From IMG/VR virus record IMGVR_UViG_3300017987_005500: 64,000 bases of DNA. One strand, 5' to 3'. The position numbers and the translations under genes were made by a program. Origin of the DNA: a virus (lineage: Duplodnaviria; Heunggongvirae; Uroviricota; Caudoviricetes). The notes under the pieces are model-generated. The model was given only the letters and a program-made list of their open reading frames with translations, made no database searches and was not told the origin of the DNA. Shown here piece after piece: positions 1 through 10,554 of the stretch; the first letter of the stretch is position 1; every line of letters starts with the position of its first letter.

Positions 1-240
1 TCTGGAGATAAATTTGAGCAAATTGAAGAATTGATAAATATGTCAGATATGATGGATAAAATTGAAGAATTTGAATCCAAGATTAAAAAGACAGTTAAAA
101 AGACTAAAACAAAACCTAAAAAAGTTGTTGAAGCTGCTGAAGAATTAAATCTTAAAAATATAGATATCCCAAGTATAGAAGAATTAGACTTGGGTAATAT
201 TGTTGACGATACTATAGAAATCTCTAAGGAGGGTACTTAA
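1..240 (+). CDS. 5'-truncated hypothetical protein (C-terminal part)
   Basis: Frame is open from base 1 to TAA at 240, and the stop overlaps the ATG of the next gene (TAATG). Confidence 0.6.
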   Translation, partial: SGDKFEQIEELINMSDMMDKIEEFESKIKKTVKKTKTKPKKVVEAAEELNLKNIDIPSIEELDLGNIVDDTIEISKEGT

Positions 241-1544
241 TGGCAATGGTTGGTGGGATAAAAAAAGGCGCAGAACTCGAAGATAGTAATGATCTTGGTG
301 ATGAATTAGTTGAAGATAATGGAGAACCAGATCAGCTTATACCGAATGAAGAAGAGGTTATGGCAAGTATTTCTTTGAAACCTGATAAAGAACCTGAAAA
401 AGAAAAACCAAAAGCTGCTCCGAAAAAAGCTGCCCCTAAGAAAGTTGAACAAAAAACTCAAGAAGATACGAAAATTGATGATGAAGCTAAAGAGTTATAT
501 GATGACTTTAGTAGCTTTTTAGAACAAAAAGCAGAAATAACAACCACCACAGATGAAAGAATTGTAATTCCAACTGGGATAAGAATTTTAGATGCTTATC
601 TTGGAGGAGGTTTTGCAGTTGGAGCTTTTAGTATTGTAGCAGGAACTCCTGGAAGTGGTAAATCAATGCTTATTGCTCAGACTCTTGGAAATGCTCAAAA
701 GATATATAGAGCACAAAAGTTTATTGCAGGATATATGGACTCTGAGGAATCAACTAGCAAATTAAGATTGTCACAGCTTGGAGTAAATAATCCAACGATG
801 AATCCAATTGGTAATTTAACAGTTGAGAAGGTTTTCAAATTTTTAGAAGGAATGTGTTTATATAAAGAGCAAAATAAAATTATAGAAGTTCCTTCAATGG
901 CAGTGTGGGATAGTATTGCAAACACACTATCTGAAAAAGAATTTGAAGCTAAAGATGTAAATTCAGTTATTGGTTTTAAAGCAAGAATGTTATCAATGCT
1001 TGTACCAAAATATGTAGCACGAGCTTCTCAATATAATATATGCTGGATAGCTATAAATCAACTCAGGGATAATCTTCAAATGGGACAATTTGCTCCACCA
1101 GCTGATTTAAAATTTATGTCAGCAACGAAAACAATGCCTGGTGGACAGGTCTTAAGATTTAATGCATTTCAATTACTTGAAATGGGAGTTAAGTCAGCAT
1201 TAAAATCCGATGACGGAGCAAACGCAAAATATGGAATTGATGGAATAATTGCAAAAGTTAAAATTGTTAAGAATAAACTTTTTATTCCAAATGTAACAGT
1301 TGAAGTATTAGGGTCTTTTGTACGAGGTTTCTCAGATTTTTGGACTTCATTTTATCATTTAGTAGAATCAGGAAGACTTAAATCTGGCGGATGGGCAAAT
1401 CTTATTAATTTACCTGAAAAGAAATTCAGAATAAAAGATGCTGAAAATACATATAACACTGATGAAAAATTCAGAGAAGCATTTGATGAAGCAGTTAGAG
1501 ATTTCATTCAAATAGACATAATTGATAAATATACAATTGAATAG
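240..1544 (+). CDS. uvsX: RecA/UvsX-like recombinase with acidic N-terminal extension
   Basis: IPTG..LD..LGGG, Walker A GTPGSGKS, YMDSEES, Walker B VWDSIA, INQLR, PGG and KNK motifs of the RecA family; divergent from cellular RecA. Confidence 0.9.
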   Translation: MAMVGGIKKGAELEDSNDLGDELVEDNGEPDQLIPNEEEVMASISLKPDKEPEKEKPKAAPKKAAPKKVEQKTQEDTKIDDEAKELYDDFSSFLEQKAEITTTTDERIVIPTGIRILDAYLGGGFAVGAFSIVAGTPGSGKSMLIAQTLGNAQKIYRAQKFIAGYMDSEESTSKLRLSQLGVNNPTMNPIGNLTVEKVFKFLEGMCLYKEQNKIIEVPSMAVWDSIANTLSEKEFEAKDVNSVIGFKARMLSMLVPKYVARASQYNICWIAINQLRDNLQMGQFAPPADLKFMSATKTMPGGQVLRFNAFQLLEMGVKSALKSDDGANAKYGIDGIIAKVKIVKNKLFIPNVTVEVLGSFVRGFSDFWTSFYHLVESGRLKSGGWANLINLPEKKFRIKDAENTYNTDEKFREAFDEAVRDFIQIDIIDKYTIE

Positions 1545-1568
1545 CAAACATCCAATTCTCTTAAAAAC

Positions 1569-1590
1569 TAAGAACAAAAAACAAATTAAT
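1569..1590 (+). promoter_or_regulatory. Putative phage late promoter, motif class B (TAAGAACAAAAA-NN-AAATTAAT), copy 1
   Basis: 20/22 identical to 14408-14429; both copies are intergenic and sit upstream of operon starts. Confidence 0.55.
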
Positions 1591-1646
1591 ATTCGAAGAT
1601 TAAATTAATGAGTCATGATTATGATTAGAGAAAAGGAGAATATGTT

Positions 1647-1967
1647 ATGTCAACGATTACTGAAGTTTTAGAGAATTATGTTAAAGAGACAATTAAACAA
1701 ATAGTAGACAATCCTGAAGAAGTAGATATTAAAATAGTTATATCAACTAAATCTGTAATTGTGCAAATTAAAGTTGCTAAATCAGATTGTGGCAAAGTTA
1801 TTGGAAAGAAGGGAAGAATTGTTGAAGCTCTTAAAACTATTGTATTAGCAATTAAGAGTTCTAAATTCCCAGATGATACAAGAAAAGTATTAATAGAAGT
1901 CCTTGAAGATGAATCTATAGGATTTAATTATACCAAGTCAACAGGAGGAGATGATAATGTTAACTAA
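1647..1967 (+). CDS. khpA: KH-domain RNA-binding protein, KhpA/YlqC-like
   Basis: IVDNPEEV and D.GKVIGKKGR..ALKTIV (GxxG KH loop) match the KhpA family. Confidence 0.85.
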   Translation: MSTITEVLENYVKETIKQIVDNPEEVDIKIVISTKSVIVQIKVAKSDCGKVIGKKGRIVEALKTIVLAIKSSKFPDDTRKVLIEVLEDESIGFNYTKSTGGDDNVN

Positions 1968-2523
1968 AGAGTCAAAAATGAGAGTACTTGAGAATTTTTA
2001 CGCAATTGATTACACTTTATTCGGTAAGTCAGCAACTAAAATAGATGTATGCTGCCCGGAAACAATCAAAGAATATGTTACGGTTAAAGGTGCTTTATTA
2101 TCAATTATGGTTGAAATGAATAAGCTCGTCGGACATACACCAGATGCGATAACTGAAAATATCTCAAGTAAAGATGTAAAAAGATTGGCTAAACAGTCTG
2201 CTAAAATTGCAAGAGAAAATGCTCAAAAGTTAGTGGAAACTGAGCAAGGCAAAGCAGATATCAAAAGAGAACTTAGAGAAGAATTATCCGAAATAAGTGA
2301 AGGCACATCCGTTGAAGATGTTGTTCAAGAAAAGATTCGAGCAAAAACATTTTCATTAGCATTGGATAATCTGCTAGTTGCAAGAACCGTAAGCGAGTCT
2401 GAATCTTATAAGAATCTTAATGAAGTTGAAGGGCAAATCCTTGAAGATGCTTATAAACTTTTAAGAGAAAGTCTCGTTGAATTATCAATTTTTATAGATG
2501 AGTATGCAAACATCACAAGGTAA
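1951..2523 (+). CDS. Hypothetical protein, probable head/virion protein
   Basis: Good RBS (aggaggag); rich in (I/L/V)-x-E sites; lies in the structural block. Confidence 0.45.
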   Translation: MIMLTKESKMRVLENFYAIDYTLFGKSATKIDVCCPETIKEYVTVKGALLSIMVEMNKLVGHTPDAITENISSKDVKRLAKQSAKIARENAQKLVETEQGKADIKRELREELSEISEGTSVEDVVQEKIRAKTFSLALDNLLVARTVSESESYKNLNEVEGQILEDAYKLLRESLVELSIFIDEYANITR

Positions 2524-3460
2524 TGAAATTGTATCTGAATACGATCAACTACTTTCATATTTAAAAAAGCACGAACCCAAGACTGGTACGCAAGAAAAGG
2601 AAATCAATGAGAAGCAACATAGAAAAAAGTTGCAGAAAGACACTAAAAAGTTATTAGATTCATGTATAGAGAGCCCAAAAAAATCCAAAAATAAAAAATT
2701 TAATTTTAGTAAAAAAGACGATACTGGTTTTGACGTAGAAAAATTTGAGTCATTGATGAGAAGTAAACTTATAGATGAATCAAAAAGACTTCAAAGTTAT
2801 GATAGACCTTATATTTCTGTCACTGAAGTTATATCTTGTATAAGGAAATCCTATTATCAGAGACAAAAATATACAATAGATATTAAGAGTCAATACAGAT
2901 TTGCATACGTATCTCTTATTACTCATGTAGGTGACGCTGTTCATAATTTTATTCAAGATCTCTATGATTTTGAAGAAGTTGAGAAAACTATTATAAGTGA
3001 GAAGTATAAAGTTAAAGGTAGGATTGATGGGCTAAGGGGTAAATATTTAATTGAAATTAAAACAATAGACGAAGATAAATTCAAAGGTACATACATTCCT
3101 CAACATTACCATCAAGGATTGGTATATACTGACATTTTAAATAATGAATATAATTACTCTATTAGCACAATTACAATTGTTTATGTATTAAGGAACCTCA
3201 AAAAAATCTATCCTTTCGACCTACCTTATAAACCCTCACTTTCATCGTCATTTCTCGACAATGCTGTTATTCTTAGACAAGCTTTAGCATCGAAGAAAAC
3301 ACCAGAACCTATGAACGCAAACAAAGAACAATGTAGGTTTTGTCCTTATATTAAATATTGTATGAAAGATGGTTCCTCAAAGATAGAGTTACCTTTCAAT
3401 AAAAAGTCGAATGACATATTAGAAAAAAATAACATGAACGACTCAATTTTCTTACTTTAG
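2498..3460 (+). CDS. Cas4-like PD-(D/E)XK exonuclease with 4Fe-4S cysteines
   Basis: ISVTEVISC.RKSYY, G..VH, GRIDG, IEIKT, Q..VY and C-terminal CRFCPYIKYC. Confidence 0.85.
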   Translation: MSMQTSQGNEIVSEYDQLLSYLKKHEPKTGTQEKEINEKQHRKKLQKDTKKLLDSCIESPKKSKNKKFNFSKKDDTGFDVEKFESLMRSKLIDESKRLQSYDRPYISVTEVISCIRKSYYQRQKYTIDIKSQYRFAYVSLITHVGDAVHNFIQDLYDFEEVEKTIISEKYKVKGRIDGLRGKYLIEIKTIDEDKFKGTYIPQHYHQGLVYTDILNNEYNYSISTITIVYVLRNLKKIYPFDLPYKPSLSSSFLDNAVILRQALASKKTPEPMNANKEQCRFCPYIKYCMKDGSSKIELPFNKKSNDILEKNNMNDSIFLL

Positions 3461-3472
3461 GGGGAATGAGCA

Positions 3473-5140
3473 ATGATAATTATATACCCAATGTTAACCT
3501 CAGAATCTGTATCACATAACGTATTGCCAGGGATCTCGAAAGTATTAGAGAGATTTGTTATTGTGTATAGACTCGAGAAAGATATGAAACGTCTTGGCAA
3601 AGTCAAAGATGTGAATCTTAAACTCATTGATATTAAATTGTTTAGAAAGCAAATGAAAACAATGGGTGAGTCCCTTGGAATGGACATGGATAAAATGATG
3701 GAAGAAGCTGATAAGTATTATAATATTAGCGAAGCTGATCCACCAGGTGGAAAAAAGGATGGACTTTTTCCATCAACAGTAAATGTAGGACTTCCAAAAC
3801 AAAAAAGTCAAGGCGGACCTGTTAAAGTAGAGATGCCAAATACAAAAGATATAATGTTAGAACCTACATATATAACTGCCACAACAAAATCAGGTCCTAC
3901 ATTAATAGGAATTAAAGTAATCCCTTACCCATTAAAAACAACCAAAAAAGGTGTTAAGGCAGCTGAATTATTACAAAGTGATAAAGATCTTAAGTTAGCA
4001 TATTCATTAGCAGTTGGAATGGGAAGAAAACTTGTAAGAATGTTATGGTCAAGTTGGGTCAATACAGTTGGGAAGGTTTTTCCTTTATTATCAAGAACTG
4101 TAAGTGGTGATCCAAAGAAAGATATATTATTTGCTTCAACAACATTCACTGATGATACATTTGTTTGCATGGACACAATAGATCTTCAAAACTCAATAAC
4201 ACAGTCTGCATCAAGTGTTCGTAAACTTCATTATATGGGTTGGCGTTCATTTATATTAGCAGATAATGTTAATAAAAGAGTCAATTTTTGTATGAAAGAG
4301 TTTAAGGGAGTGTGTAATTTAATTCCATATTCTTTCTTATTCTCAAGTCTTGGAACAGGACAAAAGCAAACATTTGATGATCTTGAAGATATTAAAAAAT
4401 CATCAGCTGCATTTTTCAGAAAGAAAGTTCCTAAGAGTAAAGTATTTGGAGAACAATTTGCTCAAGCTCAATTATCAAATATGAAAGTTATTGATGAGGG
4501 TCAAATTGTCCAAGAAGGAATTATTGAATTTGCTAAAAGTATGGGTAATAAGATAATTGGAGATTCTAAAAAATCTGTTAAATCAAACGACCCTGAAAAA
4601 TTAGGAAAAGTTTTAGATAAAGTTCCTGATGTAGATGTTAATAAATTGAAAGCATTTGGAAAAAAGCAAAGTCCTGACTTTCCTAAATCATATGCATTAG
4701 CTAAAAGAGTTATTGATAATTCTCTTCCAAAAGATGTTGATGATAGCGTAAAAGATCATTATGCAGTAGGAATTGCTTTAAGAGCTGTAACACAAGGCGG
4801 TGATGCAGTTGTAAATACAAAAGCAGAATTAAAAGCAAGTATGCCAGCAATAATGAGAGCAGTGGGTTCTGGAGCAGGAACTGCAGCTTGGGTATTATTA
4901 TGGTATTATATATCTCAGGTATTATTTACATTCTCATCACCTGTAACAGTTACAATTGCAATGATAATGGTTGCCAGAGGTATTTATAAACATGCTAAGA
5001 AAGAAAAGAAACTTGATGTTAAAGATGCTGATCATAAAAGAAAACTTCAAGTGTTAGCAAAGAAGGTTGAAAAAGAAAGAGCTAAAGCAGGAAGAGGACC
5101 TTATATTCAAACGACTAATATACAAACCTCGGGAGAATAA
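3473..5140 (+). CDS. Hypothetical virion protein with C-terminal hydrophobic helices
   Basis: 555-aa ORF in the structural block; hydrophobic stretch AAWVLLWYYISQVLFTF..VTIAMIMVARG; x-x-E rich linkers. Confidence 0.45.
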   Translation: MIIIYPMLTSESVSHNVLPGISKVLERFVIVYRLEKDMKRLGKVKDVNLKLIDIKLFRKQMKTMGESLGMDMDKMMEEADKYYNISEADPPGGKKDGLFPSTVNVGLPKQKSQGGPVKVEMPNTKDIMLEPTYITATTKSGPTLIGIKVIPYPLKTTKKGVKAAELLQSDKDLKLAYSLAVGMGRKLVRMLWSSWVNTVGKVFPLLSRTVSGDPKKDILFASTTFTDDTFVCMDTIDLQNSITQSASSVRKLHYMGWRSFILADNVNKRVNFCMKEFKGVCNLIPYSFLFSSLGTGQKQTFDDLEDIKKSSAAFFRKKVPKSKVFGEQFAQAQLSNMKVIDEGQIVQEGIIEFAKSMGNKIIGDSKKSVKSNDPEKLGKVLDKVPDVDVNKLKAFGKKQSPDFPKSYALAKRVIDNSLPKDVDDSVKDHYAVGIALRAVTQGGDAVVNTKAELKASMPAIMRAVGSGAGTAAWVLLWYYISQVLFTFSSPVTVTIAMIMVARGIYKHAKKEKKLDVKDADHKRKLQVLAKKVEKERAKAGRGPYIQTTNIQTSGE

Positions 5141-5142
5141 TT

Positions 5143-5778
5143 ATGCAAGAAGAATTAGATCTTAATAAAATTAAAACATCTGAGGCAGTTGTTAAAAGCA
5201 ATGTTGAGAATTTAGAATTATTTGCAGACAATCATCCATTTCGTCTTTCATTAAGAATCAACAATTTTGAATCTGAAGCTGAATATAATAAATTCATAAA
5301 AAATGTTGAAACAACTGTTAGGCGAAGTGTTGAATACAAACAATGGAAATCTTATATAATTGATGTACTTGGAATTAAAACTTGCATGATCACAAATGAA
5401 AGAATTGATGAATGTTCAATTGAAGTTCATCATCATCTTCCTACATTGTATGTTTTAGTTAAAGGTATTGTAAATAAAAAGATTGAAGCAAAAGAAAAGT
5501 TTTCAACATTCGATATTGCCCTTGAAGCTATCAAACTTCATTTTGAAAATAAAATAGGTTATATAACAATTGTAAAAACAATGCATGAGAAGTTTCATAA
5601 TGGTTTTCTACAAATCCCTAAAGAATATGTTAGGGGTGATTATATGACATTCATAAATGAATACTCTAAATATTTAGATGATGCTGACTTAGAGCTTATC
5701 AATGTAAGATTGGCAGCAAAAGAATCTAATTGTTCATGGACAAGAGATAGTTATCCAGGGCAAGATATAGCTAAATAA
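5143..5778 (+). CDS. Hypothetical protein with HNH-like/His-Cys metal motif
   Basis: C.IT..IEVHHH..HEKFHNG pattern. Confidence 0.45.
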   Translation: MQEELDLNKIKTSEAVVKSNVENLELFADNHPFRLSLRINNFESEAEYNKFIKNVETTVRRSVEYKQWKSYIIDVLGIKTCMITNERIDECSIEVHHHLPTLYVLVKGIVNKKIEAKEKFSTFDIALEAIKLHFENKIGYITIVKTMHEKFHNGFLQIPKEYVRGDYMTFINEYSKYLDDADLELINVRLAAKESNCSWTRDSYPGQDIAK

Positions 5779-5789
5779 GGAGTTACCTA

Positions 5790-6191
5790 ATGGCAAAATT
5801 TTTAGGAATTGAGACTGAAGCTCAACAAAATGAGAGACAACCCATTGACATTGAGCATATGCGTGATCGCTATAGAACCACAAGCGAATTATTCACATTT
5901 CCCAGTCCGACATTAGGTACCATTGAAAAGAATTTATTTTTTCTTTTAAAAAATTCCGAATATAAAAATTTTGAATTGAAATATACATATCGTCCAGACT
6001 ATCTTAGTTTTGATGAATATGGCACAGTCTTATTAGGTCAACTTATTATGTTTGTAAATGGAGTATTTACAGTCGAAGACTTTAGTTTAGATAAAGTCGT
6101 AATCCCTACATTTCAAGCAATTGTCAGCATATGTCAAGATAAATTTGATATTGATAGAGATGTTGATGAATTGACAGAGGTTGCATGGTAA
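5790..6191 (+). CDS. Baseplate wedge protein, T4 gp53-like (LysM-like)
   Basis: YRPDYLSFDEYG..L..IM.VN..IP matches the gp53/LysM wedge pattern; adjacent to a gp5-like gene. Confidence 0.7.
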   Translation: MAKFLGIETEAQQNERQPIDIEHMRDRYRTTSELFTFPSPTLGTIEKNLFFLLKNSEYKNFELKYTYRPDYLSFDEYGTVLLGQLIMFVNGVFTVEDFSLDKVVIPTFQAIVSICQDKFDIDRDVDELTEVAW

Positions 6192-7086
6192 TATGGAAAT
6201 AAAAGATAAATTTAGTCTTCTTAAAGACGTCCCTAATATATTTCGTCTTTCAGCAAGCAAAATAGCAAGCTCATCAATAGCTAAGGGTCCTGCGAAAGTT
6301 TATAGTACATTAAAACTAAGTGAGGACAGAATAAATCATTTTACTAAAAAGACAGTATTCTCCACAATGGATGAAATTAAACAAGGTAAAAAGATAGTTA
6401 ACTTAGTTAAAATAGAAAAGTATATTTTACCTGTCAGTTATAATTTCAATACAAAAACTATAATAATCAATCTTCAACCTTTTGGGACTGACGATATATC
6501 AAGAGTCGATCCTAGAAATATTTATGCTTGTATGGTTTATGGAATATGTTTTAGAGATTTGGTTACAAAGAAAATTAATGTAGCTGATAATACATTTTCT
6601 GTAATTGCATCTTTTTTAACTACAGTTCTTATGAGATTATTTGGAAAGGAATTTGGATTATTAGGAATTTATGCAACACAAATACCAGCTCTTAAATTTC
6701 TCACAAATTGTTATGTTTTAGCATCAATGTTCGGTGAAAAGAATAAACCTAAATTATATAAGAGAGCGGCAGCATCTGCTGGTGTTGACTTTAGACCTTA
6801 TATAGATAGACTTGGAGAATATGACTTTACAGATATAAATGATTACATAAAATCATTATCTGACTTTAAAGTTATGCCGGGTATTACAAGACATACATTT
6901 GCTGCAAGAATATTAAAAACATTGTCAGTAAATTTTTTACCTGGAATTGAAGATGCCTCAAGATTTATTTCAATAATCACAACGTCAGATTTGCCCGGCT
7001 CTTCAATTGCTCCAACATTTATTTCAAAATACAATAGAACTGAATTTGATAAAATATTATCCATTTCAAAAAAGATTTTTAAATAG
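6181..7086 (+). CDS. Hypothetical protein (likely start MEIK at 6193)
   Basis: Long ORF in the baseplate cluster; no motif recognised. Confidence 0.5.
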   Translation: MHGNMEIKDKFSLLKDVPNIFRLSASKIASSSIAKGPAKVYSTLKLSEDRINHFTKKTVFSTMDEIKQGKKIVNLVKIEKYILPVSYNFNTKTIIINLQPFGTDDISRVDPRNIYACMVYGICFRDLVTKKINVADNTFSVIASFLTTVLMRLFGKEFGLLGIYATQIPALKFLTNCYVLASMFGEKNKPKLYKRAAASAGVDFRPYIDRLGEYDFTDINDYIKSLSDFKVMPGITRHTFAARILKTLSVNFLPGIEDASRFISIITTSDLPGSSIAPTFISKYNRTEFDKILSISKKIFK

Positions 7087-7113
7087 AGAGTGATTTGAAA
7101 GGAAATATATAAC

Positions 7114-8088
7114 ATGACAATTAATATATCAAAAGATCCTGTAGAAAAAAGAGAGCAGGAAAAATATTATGGCTTTTATAGAGCAAAAGTTGTAAACAAT
7201 AAAGATCCGGATAAATTTGGAAGAGTTATTGTATGGATTCCTGATATAATGCCAATGATTTCAGATTTAGAAGGTATTGAAGCAAGACCAGGAAACACTC
7301 CTCTCGGTGGAAGAAATATGGAAGATCAAGACTCTAATTATTATGCAGGTTCTTCATATATTCCAAAGATAGGAAGTTGGGTATGGGTTTTCTTTGAAAA
7401 TGGAAATCCAAATAGACCTTATTATTGGGGAGCTCTTGATATTGAAAATACCCCAACAGTTCCTGAAGTTCAACAAGGCACTGAATATGAACATAAGTGG
7501 GTTGTTATAAGAACTCATTCAGGAAGAACTTTTGTTTCATCCGATGATCCTACTGATGAAAGAATGGAAATAACAGGGAAGAAAAGAAAACTCAATACTC
7601 CGCCTACTGGAGATTGGGACTCTGTTTATGAGATTGATAGCAATCAAACAACCATTCTTTTAGATGAAGTTGAAGGAAGAGAAAAAGTTCTTATAAGAAC
7701 CTATAAGGGAGATTATATTCATGTAGACATTGATGAACAAGAACTTCAATGCTATTTCAAAAACGATATTAAAATTCAAACTGATGCAAGTTTTCATTTA
7801 ACAGCTAAAGATCATATAAGAATACAATCTGGACAAAATACATATATTGAAGCTCAAGGTGATCTCCATAATCATTCTACAAATACATTTACTTACGCTG
7901 ATTCAGAAATTCATACTTTTGCAGGAGTAGGAGATTATACAACAACTGGAGCATATATTTCTCATAATACAGGAGGACCTTATTGTGTAGACTCGGGTAT
8001 GGAATTATTAGAAGTTGGAGCATCAATTCCAGCTATGAGCGCTGAGCAGGCAGATCCTGAAACACCAGTCGGAGATAGGGATACTTAA
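7114..8088 (+). CDS. Baseplate hub/central spike, gp5/VgrG-like (OB-fold plus beta-helix)
   Basis: YYGFYRAKVVNNKDPDKFGRV.VWIP, P.IGSWVWVFFENGNPNRPYY.G, followed by beta-helix repeats. Confidence 0.88.
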   Translation: MTINISKDPVEKREQEKYYGFYRAKVVNNKDPDKFGRVIVWIPDIMPMISDLEGIEARPGNTPLGGRNMEDQDSNYYAGSSYIPKIGSWVWVFFENGNPNRPYYWGALDIENTPTVPEVQQGTEYEHKWVVIRTHSGRTFVSSDDPTDERMEITGKKRKLNTPPTGDWDSVYEIDSNQTTILLDEVEGREKVLIRTYKGDYIHVDIDEQELQCYFKNDIKIQTDASFHLTAKDHIRIQSGQNTYIEAQGDLHNHSTNTFTYADSEIHTFAGVGDYTTTGAYISHNTGGPYCVDSGMELLEVGASIPAMSAEQADPETPVGDRDT

Positions 8089-8089
8089 T

Positions 8090-8878
8090 ATGGGATTATC
8101 TGAATATAGAGACCAAACGTGTGATCAGTATACTGCAACAACTCTTAAAGCGACTCGTCAACTTAATAATCTTCATAAATTGACAAGAGGTCCTAAAAAT
8201 GAAGTTCGTAAATCTTTAAATAAATTAAAGAGTCAAGCAACAACTCCAGTATCTGAATTAGTAAGAAAACTTGATGTTCTTAAATCAGGAATGAAATCCA
8301 AAGTTCCTGATTTTAAAAATAATAAAAAAGATCTTTTAGATATGGCAAAAGCATGTACACCTTTTGCTGATTTGATGAATGGAAAAGGAAGTTTAACTGA
8401 CGCAACTAAATCAGTTGTTGATGCTACAAATAATATGGTTGCAGATGTTATAACAGGCGCTGCAGATACGTTAATGAGTAATGTTGAAGAATATACATCA
8501 GGTGCTGCAATGGCAGGTATGGATTCATTATTTTCAGAATTAAAAATTCCTCAAGTTTTAGGAACTCTCGATCCTTTAATAAATTGTCTTGATAATATGT
8601 GTCCAGGAAGTAGGACTTCAGCAATTGTTGATGAATTAAACGATATTCAGGAGGAAATGGGTTTTGATGATGAAGGAGCTTTTGACTCTGCTAAAATGAT
8701 GCAAGATGTTGGAATGCCTGCTGATAAAACAGAAAATTTAAATAGTATTGATGATATGCTCATAAATACAGTCAAAGAAGTACAAGATGATGCAGCAAGC
8801 GAAGTTAGCGATTTATTTACTTCAATTAAAAAAGCTAAAAAAGCTCCATATGTAGGTAAAATAAGTAGTTACTTTTAG
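8090..8878 (+). CDS. Hypothetical helical baseplate-region protein
   Basis: Tightly coupled to the gp5-like gene. Confidence 0.5.
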   Translation: MGLSEYRDQTCDQYTATTLKATRQLNNLHKLTRGPKNEVRKSLNKLKSQATTPVSELVRKLDVLKSGMKSKVPDFKNNKKDLLDMAKACTPFADLMNGKGSLTDATKSVVDATNNMVADVITGAADTLMSNVEEYTSGAAMAGMDSLFSELKIPQVLGTLDPLINCLDNMCPGSRTSAIVDELNDIQEEMGFDDEGAFDSAKMMQDVGMPADKTENLNSIDDMLINTVKEVQDDAASEVSDLFTSIKKAKKAPYVGKISSYF

Positions 8879-8887
8879 GAGAATATA

Positions 8888-9097
8888 ATGGACATTATAC
8901 AAGAATATTTAAATTCATTACATAGAAGAGAAGAACAAAATCCAGAAGTTTATCCTCATCCAGTTGATGTTCCAAATCAGAATTATGGACATCCTGATGA
9001 TTTATGTCAACCAGGTCAAAAATGGAATCCCCAATTAAATAGATGTGTCCCATTAGGGGATGGTGAAAATGAAGACTTTAACGAATGTGGTGAATAG
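8888..9097 (+). CDS. Small Cys-containing hypothetical protein (CQPGQKWNPQLNRCVP)
   Basis: RBS aggag; short C-x2-G-x2-W-x6-C motif. Confidence 0.5.
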   Translation: MDIIQEYLNSLHRREEQNPEVYPHPVDVPNQNYGHPDDLCQPGQKWNPQLNRCVPLGDGENEDFNECGE

Positions 9098-9105
9098 GGG
9101 GTATT

Positions 9106-9555
9106 ATGTTTTCGCGAATAACGAATGCTTTAGCAAAATTGAAAACTCGAAAAAGTCCATTTGAAGTTGAAACAGTTGCAAATGAAATAATTTTAAGAGA
9201 TAAAAATAAAAAGCATTACATTGCTTTGATATATGATGAACATGATGGTTTTACAGTTGAAGTTGGTGGGAATGTGCAACTTAAAATCAAAGGTGGAATG
9301 AATGTATCAACTGATGGAGAAACTAATATTGTAAGCTTCAAAGATATGAATATTGATACATGGAAATCAAAGTTAAATTTAAATAGCAGAAAAGCTTCTC
9401 AGATTAAAGACGATCCTGAAGCAATAGAGTTTAGAGAGTATATGAAACAAAAATTGATTGACTTTGAAAAATTTCAAGAACAATCTAAATATAAACGAAT
9501 TGAACCGACGATACTTGAACATAGCGAAGATTGTCCTAATAAGGGAGGGAATTAA
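9106..9555 (+). CDS. Hypothetical protein with short beta-helix-like segment
   Basis: RBS ggggg; VEVGGNVQLKIKGGMNVSTDGETNIVS resembles gp5 C-terminal repeats. Confidence 0.45.
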   Translation: MFSRITNALAKLKTRKSPFEVETVANEIILRDKNKKHYIALIYDEHDGFTVEVGGNVQLKIKGGMNVSTDGETNIVSFKDMNIDTWKSKLNLNSRKASQIKDDPEAIEFREYMKQKLIDFEKFQEQSKYKRIEPTILEHSEDCPNKGGN

Positions 9556-9558
9556 AGA

Positions 9559-10545
9559 ATGGGTCTACAACATTGGAGTTGTCCTGCTAATGCCTTATTT
9601 ACATTAGGTATGTTTCAAATAGTTGGATTTTTAGACCAGAGAAAACTTCTTGTAGAAGATGTTTTTGGAGATTTCTTTATTGACCCTGATACTGAAGAAG
9701 GCTGGGCAAAGATTCAACAAATTATTGAACCTCATGGAATGTCCAAAATAATGCTTACTGGAGCAACTCCATCAAAACCAATTCGTCAAGGCGATGGTCA
9801 ATTCGGACCTTTTATGATTCAAAAACAACATGCTAATTTTTGCATGATGTATAATAAAGCAGAAGAGCTTGGAAATATTAAAAATCCTGATGATGAAGAT
9901 TTAAGAATGTGGTGGAACTTTGCAGATTTTCCATTTCAAAATCAAGAAGCTTCTATGAGATGGAATGCTATAGTTGCAGCATATGAAGTTATACATGAAA
10001 TTGAAGCAAATGTTGAGTTAATGGTTGAAGCAATCAAACCATTATATTATAGCAATCAAGTATTCTCAAAAACTCCAATGGAAGTTCAATTTTTTGCTGG
10101 AGAAATGATGAATGGTAATGTAATGGTTCCAGACGGACTTTGTAATATTCCTTGGGGAACTGTTGATCAATTTAAAACAGATAATCCATTAGATCCAGGA
10201 ATCATTGATATAATGTTTGGATTTCCTCTTTCAGCATTATGGTATATTCCAGTTCCTGTAATTACTTTCGGTTCAGGAGCAGGAAGTCAAGCAGGTGACC
10301 CAAGCACAACTTATGCTTTATCTTCAGATGATGATTGTTTTTGTAAAACAGGAAGCTTTGTCCCAGATCCACCTGATCCAGATCCACCTCCGCCAGCTCC
10401 TCCATATACTCCGGTGACGGGAACTGTAACACCTGATTTATTTACATCAAATTTATGGAAAGCTGAAATTGTGGCAGGGACAAATCCTGTAATAACTGGA
10501 ACTATTAATTATGCATATCGAAGATTAATTGTAACATTTCCATAG
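9559..10545 (+). CDS. Putative tail/baseplate protein, paralog of 10922-11983
   Basis: Shares sequence blocks with 10922 (see findings); proline-rich linker. Confidence 0.5.
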   Translation: MGLQHWSCPANALFTLGMFQIVGFLDQRKLLVEDVFGDFFIDPDTEEGWAKIQQIIEPHGMSKIMLTGATPSKPIRQGDGQFGPFMIQKQHANFCMMYNKAEELGNIKNPDDEDLRMWWNFADFPFQNQEASMRWNAIVAAYEVIHEIEANVELMVEAIKPLYYSNQVFSKTPMEVQFFAGEMMNGNVMVPDGLCNIPWGTVDQFKTDNPLDPGIIDIMFGFPLSALWYIPVPVITFGSGAGSQAGDPSTTYALSSDDDCFCKTGSFVPDPPDPDPPPPAPPYTPVTGTVTPDLFTSNLWKAEIVAGTNPVITGTINYAYRRLIVTFP

Positions 10546-10554
10546 GAGATTCTC

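Noticed and set aside
2498-3460. CRISPR-Cas locus around the Cas4-like gene
   Set aside because: No cas1/cas2 and no repeat-spacer array seen; solo Cas4-like nucleases are common in phages.
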